From: Candidatus Krumholzibacteriota bacterium
GTDB lineage: Bacteria; Krumholzibacteriota; Krumholzibacteriia; LZORAL124-64-63
NCBI GenBank assembly: GCA_039714075.1
Contig: JBDLKA010000042.1
Span: forward strand, 1-27,854
Length of the DNA stretch: 27,854 nt
Direction: 5' to 3'
Position numbers and translations under genes: made by a program. The notes under the pieces are model-generated. The model saw only the letters and a list, made by a program, of their open reading frames with translations, had not been told where the DNA came from and made no database searches. Of the stretch, positions 25,403-27,854 are shown piece after piece. How positions within the stretch are numbered: position 1 is the first letter of the stretch; the number at the start of each line of letters is the position of its first letter.

Positions 25403-27496
25403 ATGGTACCCCTGATTTCCGTGACCAGGTCCCGTTGTCCCTATTCGATTGCAATTGCCCTGGCCATATTCCTGCTTCTTTTACCCGCCTTCGCCGACGC
25501 GACCATCGATCCGGAACGGATCGAGGACGCCCAGACCGGCTGGTACTACCTTTCCAACGTGACCGAAGCCCAGATCACGAATCTCGTCAACACCGAGGGT
25601 GCACGCCTGATCGACATCGAAATATTCAGCACCTCGCCCCTGCGGTTCACCGCGGCCTTCGTCAGAAACTCCGGAGTCTACGCCTCGGGCTGGTGGTGGT
25701 ACTATGGCCAGACAATCGCCGACATCAACCTCCATCTGGCCGAGAACAACGCCCGCCTGATCGACATCGAACGCTACACCTTCGATGGTGTCGAACGCTT
25801 CGCAGCGGTCATGGTGCCCAACACGGGAGCCCAGGCCAAGGCCTGGTGGTGGTATGTCGGAATAACCACCGCGGACATCACAGCCTTCATCAACACCAAC
25901 GGCGGCCGTCTCGTGGACATCGAATCGTACGATGTCGGGGGCGTCCAGCGCTACGCCGTGATCATGTTGAAGAACACGGGCGAAGATGCCGCCGGCTGGG
26001 CCTGGTTCTTCAACACGGATCTCCCCACCCTGCAGAACTACATGACCGACAATAACATGAGATTACTCGAGTTCGAGGTCCGCGACCCGGCGGCCCCCCG
26101 CTTCGACGCCGTACTCATCTCCAACACGTACCAACCCCCCAAGACCTGGTGGTGGTACTACAACGTCCCGTTCAGTGAACTGATCGAACTGGCGAACCAG
26201 GCGGGGTCGCGCATCGTCGACATCGACCACTACCAGATCGACGGCCAGGACCGGTACAACATCGTGATGCTGAACAATTCGTCGGACCTGACGGTGGAGA
26301 TGGCCCAGATCCTCGAGTGGGGAAGTGACGGCGACACCGGAGTGTACCTGCGGGAAATCAGCGGCCCGACCCTGGCTTCCCTGCAACCGGACTTCCAGTT
26401 CAAGGCCGCCAGCACGATGAAGGCGGTGTATCACCTGCACACGATGCGCGATGTGATGGCCGGCAACATCAACCTCGCAGCTCCGATCAACTATTCGATC
26501 AACTACAGTGGGAGTTGCCCCATCGGCGGCGCCCCGACCACGACCCAGTCGCTGCAGGAGGTGTTGCGGCGCATGATGGTCAATTCGGACAACGCGGCGA
26601 CCAAAGCCATCTCGGATATGTACGGATTCCCGGCCATCACCAACACGGCCCAGAATATCGCCGGGATGAGCAGTACCAGCGCCAACCACACCCTCGGTTG
26701 CGGGGCGGATGCCATCGCCAATCCAAACACCCTGACCCTGCGGGATGCCGGTGAGTTGTACGATCGCATCGAAACCCTGCAGGTCCTGAATCAGCCCATG
26801 CGTGAAACCTACTACAGCCTGATGCAGAACCAGGACACCCCTGGCCCATGGTGGTTCACGACCGACCTGGAAGCCACCATAGGCGATGTCGCCGTCAACC
26901 TGGGCTTCCCCAATGCCGCAGATAGTTTCTGGGCAGCCACCCGGACGGCCTGGAAGCCGGGCGGGTACACCCTCATTTTTGACGGAACCAACCACGAATA
27001 TATTTCGGTGGCCGGAATCGTCAGCCTGCCCACATGCCCGACGGGTAGGGGAATCATCTACCGTGATTTCGTTTTCGGCGTCTTCGTCCACGACGCCAGC
27101 AACAACGCGGACGCCTTCGATCGCGTGCGCACGACGGCCAGGGAACTGTTTCGCGGCATCATCGCCGAAACGATGCGGACCTGCCCCTCCTCGGTGGAAG
27201 ACGGTCTGCCCCTGGTTGCCGACATGATGATGCAGCAGATCTATCCCAACCCGTTCAACCCGAGCACCAGGCTTGTTTTCAGCCTGGAGCGGCCCCAGCG
27301 GGTGACCCTTGCCGTATACGACACGGCCGGCCGTCGTGTGGCCGTACTCGCCGACGGACAATTTCAGCCGGGCAGTCACGAGGAGATGTGGAACGGTCGT
27401 GACGAAACAGGGCGCCTGGTACCGGCGGGCGTCTATTTCGCCCGTTTGAAGGCGGGTGAAAGGGTCGAATCCATGAAGATGGCCCTGATAAAGTGA
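25403..27496 (+). CDS. Secreted protein: five ~51-aa repeats (BTRD1/polyglycine-hydrolase-like), class A beta-lactamase-fold serine hydrolase, FlgD-Ig/T9SS-CTD-like tail
   Basis: AAAGGA RBS, signal peptide, repeats W(W)WY...RL(I/V)DIE.Y...RF/Y, ASTMK (SxxK), SDN, KPG, YPNPFNPST...YDTAGRRV...WNGRD..G...AGVYF. Confidence 0.82.
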   Translation: MVPLISVTRSRCPYSIAIALAIFLLLLPAFADATIDPERIEDAQTGWYYLSNVTEAQITNLVNTEGARLIDIEIFSTSPLRFTAAFVRNSGVYASGWWWYYGQTIADINLHLAENNARLIDIERYTFDGVERFAAVMVPNTGAQAKAWWWYVGITTADITAFINTNGGRLVDIESYDVGGVQRYAVIMLKNTGEDAAGWAWFFNTDLPTLQNYMTDNNMRLLEFEVRDPAAPRFDAVLISNTYQPPKTWWWYYNVPFSELIELANQAGSRIVDIDHYQIDGQDRYNIVMLNNSSDLTVEMAQILEWGSDGDTGVYLREISGPTLASLQPDFQFKAASTMKAVYHLHTMRDVMAGNINLAAPINYSINYSGSCPIGGAPTTTQSLQEVLRRMMVNSDNAATKAISDMYGFPAITNTAQNIAGMSSTSANHTLGCGADAIANPNTLTLRDAGELYDRIETLQVLNQPMRETYYSLMQNQDTPGPWWFTTDLEATIGDVAVNLGFPNAADSFWAATRTAWKPGGYTLIFDGTNHEYISVAGIVSLPTCPTGRGIIYRDFVFGVFVHDASNNADAFDRVRTTARELFRGIIAETMRTCPSSVEDGLPLVADMMMQQIYPNPFNPSTRLVFSLERPQRVTLAVYDTAGRRVAVLADGQFQPGSHEEMWNGRDETGRLVPAGVYFARLKAGERVESMKMALIK
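25535..26281 (+). repeat. Five tandem protein-level repeats of about 51 aa
   Basis: Repeats begin TGWYY, SGWWWYY, KAWWWYV, AGWAWFF, KTWWWYY; each contains an R(L/I)xD/ExE/D strand. Confidence 0.85.
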
Positions 27497-27523
27497 TATG
27501 GAACGGCTTCAAGCGATAGCATC

Positions 27524-27552
27524 GGCCCCGGGCATATGCCCGGGGCCATTTT
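27524..27552. terminator. Palindromic, probably bidirectional terminator between convergent genes
   Basis: GGCCCCGGGC-atat-GCCCGGGGCC followed by ATTTT. Confidence 0.8.
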
Positions 27553-27598
27553 CGTGGTCAATGGTCTGGGACCGAGTCGGGCCACCAGAAGACCCGAC

Positions 27599-27854
27599 TC
27601 AATTTCCGGAACCCGCTGCGACCGTTGCCACAGCCCCGTTCCGGTGATTCTGCTCCTGCAGTGATGCGATGAGCACGGGGATCAAGGCCATGTATTCCAC
27701 GCTCAGGCTCTTCTGCGCGTCATCCACCTCGCTCACCACTTCCGGCACGATCTGCTGCAGATCCTGCGCTATCAGGCCCAACTGCCTCCCTTTTTCCGGA
27801 TGCTCCTTCCACTGATAGCTGACCGGCCTCATCTTCATGAGTTCCTCCAGACCG
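27599..27854 (-). CDS. C-terminal Peptidase S74 (intramolecular chaperone) domain of a tail-fibre-like protein; 5' part lies beyond the window edge
   Basis: GLEELMKMRPVSYQWK...LGLIAQDLQQIVPEVV...LSVEYMALIPVLIASLQEQ; frame open to the edge. Confidence 0.85.
   Translation of the reverse strand, partial: GLEELMKMRPVSYQWKEHPEKGRQLGLIAQDLQQIVPEVVSEVDDAQKSLSVEYMALIPVLIASLQEQNHRNGAVATVAAGSGN

Noticed and set aside
25535..26281. CRISPR or DNA-level tandem repeat
   Set aside because: The periodicity is protein-level and degenerate within an ORF; there are no identical repeats with spacers.
26300..27180. Class A beta-lactamase resistance gene
   Set aside because: No evident omega-loop Glu166 motif, KPG triad, and embedded in a multidomain secreted protein.

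Overview
GC-rich bacterial chromosomal window with about 25 genes and no rRNA, tRNA, CRISPR array or transposase that I can support. Two secreted proteins carry C-terminal tags (FlgD-Ig/T9SS-CTD-like, and 'SWGSLKASFR'), which suggest an FCB-related candidate lineage such as Krumholzibacteria, Latescibacteria or Eisenbacteria (inference). Contents in order: (1) a minus-strand, mostly translationally coupled run of xanthine-dehydrogenase-family FAD, 2Fe-2S and Mo subunits (XdhD-like), LpoB-like lipoprotein, COG3014-like lipoprotein, LpxR-family deacylase and a partial Omp85/BamA-family gene; (2) an outer-membrane beta-barrel; (3) an AT-rich regulatory island with a Fur-like box ahead of two exported amidohydrolases, one with degenerate metal ligands; (4) arsR-arsM-NFACT-R(DUF814)-mscS; (5) a GldA/F/G-like ABC system plus a DUF4340 protein; (6) ssnA-like, ygeY, ygeW-like and a threonine-synthase-fold PLP enzyme, resembling a variant anaerobic purine/urate catabolic module, interrupted by a separately transcribed stand-alone lamin-tail-domain gene; (7) a secreted protein with five repeats, an SxxK serine hydrolase domain and a FlgD-Ig tail; (8) the 3' end of an S74 chaperone-domain gene. 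All family calls come from motif recognition by eye; no database searches were run.
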